64,000 nucleotides of DNA. Origin: Mobula hypostoma (lineage: Eukaryota). The notes under the pieces were generated by a model. The model was not told the origin of the DNA and searched no databases. It was given only the letters and a program-made list of their open reading frames with translations. The stretch spans positions 88,910,001 to 88,974,000 of the forward strand of contig NC_086097.1 of the NCBI RefSeq assembly GCF_963921235.1, read 5' to 3'. Below, piece by piece: positions 62,998-64,000 of the stretch. Position numbers and translations under genes: made by a program. The first letter of the stretch is position 1, and each line of letters opens with the position of its first letter.

Positions 62998-63160
62998 TCA
63001 GCTGGAGGAACTCGGCTGGCCAAGCAACATCTGTGGGAGGAAAGGAATTGCTGACATTGCTGGTCAGAGGATCCTGTTACAGGGTGTCAACCCAAAACGC
63101 CAACAGTTCCTTTTGCCCCCTCGGATGCTGCTTGACCTGCTGAGTTTCTCCAGCAGTCTC
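62998..63160. mobile_element. Old inverted pair of Penelope terminal-repeat fragments
   Basis: GCTGGAGGAACTCGGC..CATCTG is mirrored by GGATGCTGCTTGACCTGCTGAGTTTCTCCAGC. Confidence 0.65.
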
Positions 63161-64000
63161 TTGTGTCAGTTTGAACACTTCAGTACTGTAAACAGTGAGG
63201 CTAAAAACTGTGGGGTGGGAAAGTGAGGTTAAACTCAACAGTCTGGCATCAACATGAAGGGCCAAATGGCCTCGCAGGCACTGTAACTGTCGCCCTGCTC
63301 CATGAGCACCTAAGATCAGATCATGTGGCAGCCCGCTTCCTAGGGTTGACACAAGCTGCGGAGTGCTTGTGTGCTAATGTCAGCTGTCCCCGTCTCTGTA
63401 ACCTTGTGCTTATAATATCCCTCCATGATATCGTATCTGGGATTCTGACACTCAGAGTGAAGGATGTTCCCAGGAGTGCTGCCGATTCCTTCAGAGTCTG
63501 GAGAGTTCCCTCCTGCTTGGGATCATTTTCTGCTGATTGATAGATAGATAGATACCTACCAGGAAGAGACGTGGCGGCTTTATTTCAGCCAAGTCGTTTA
63601 AGCCATAAGCAATGTGTGCAATTTCCTCCTGGGTTATCACTTTGAGATCCTGATTTGATCTACTTTAATGCAACTTAAGCCTTGGCTCTAACCCATGTAT
63701 TTATAACTTGGAGGCATTGACTTAGCATCAGTGCTCTTTCCAGCTGTTGTTTCTCTTCACACGAGCAGATTTAGGCACTGGGTATTAACAATTAGGGTTA
63801 GAAAAATATTCAAACGTGAACTGTTACAGCCCTCAAATCCTGACGAGGTCAGGACCACGTCATTGTCCTCCGTGCCTCCTTTAAGCAGGTGGCTTCCTGG
63901 TGCAGCAATACGTCTCCCAAGTTCAGTGATACCCTGGTAAACAACGGACATCTGTCTTCCAGTGGCTGTTGCCTCACGCAGCAGTGTGGGAATTTTGTTG

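Noticed and set aside
63838..63865. Hammerhead-like CTGACGA-GGTC-AG-GACC-ACGTC
   Set aside because: Lacks the GAAA core and a stem I, and has no Penelope flanks.
63889..64000. Possible CLEC18 exon 3 after the acceptor-like CCTCCTTTAAGCAG
   Set aside because: Phase-0 translation VASWCSNTSPKF.. does not resemble the expected CAP continuation (xWS..LA..A..A..C).

Overview
Vertebrate genomic DNA, very probably from a cartilaginous fish (ray/shark-type CR1 LINEs, V-SINEs and Penelope repeats; the taxon is inferred). Most of the window is nested transposable elements: a degraded Nimb/I-clade LINE with RNase H (1-5560, minus), many CR1 LINEs including a young, almost intact full-length copy (18301-22771), a Gypsy LTR remnant, Rex1/Babar fragments, hAT, Chapaev3 and Tigger DNA-transposon derivatives, tRNA-derived SINEs, and about nine short Penelope terminal-repeat copies, several carrying a minimal hammerhead ribozyme motif. 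The only host gene I can identify is the 5' part of CLEC18: a CpG island, a signal-peptide exon (37858-37954) and the first CAP-domain exon (38434-38525). Its intron 2 opens with a ~2.9 kb G-rich minisatellite and runs past the window end. Two signals stand out. (1) The CR1 ORF1/ORF2 junction has a U_UUA_AAC slippery heptamer directly before the ORF1 stop, ORF2 is in the -1 frame with no usable AUG, and the motif recurs in a second CR1 family, suggesting a -1 programmed ribosomal frameshift. (2) Penelope-derived hammerhead units are dispersed through the window, several as inverted pairs and one with a 13-bp target-site duplication.
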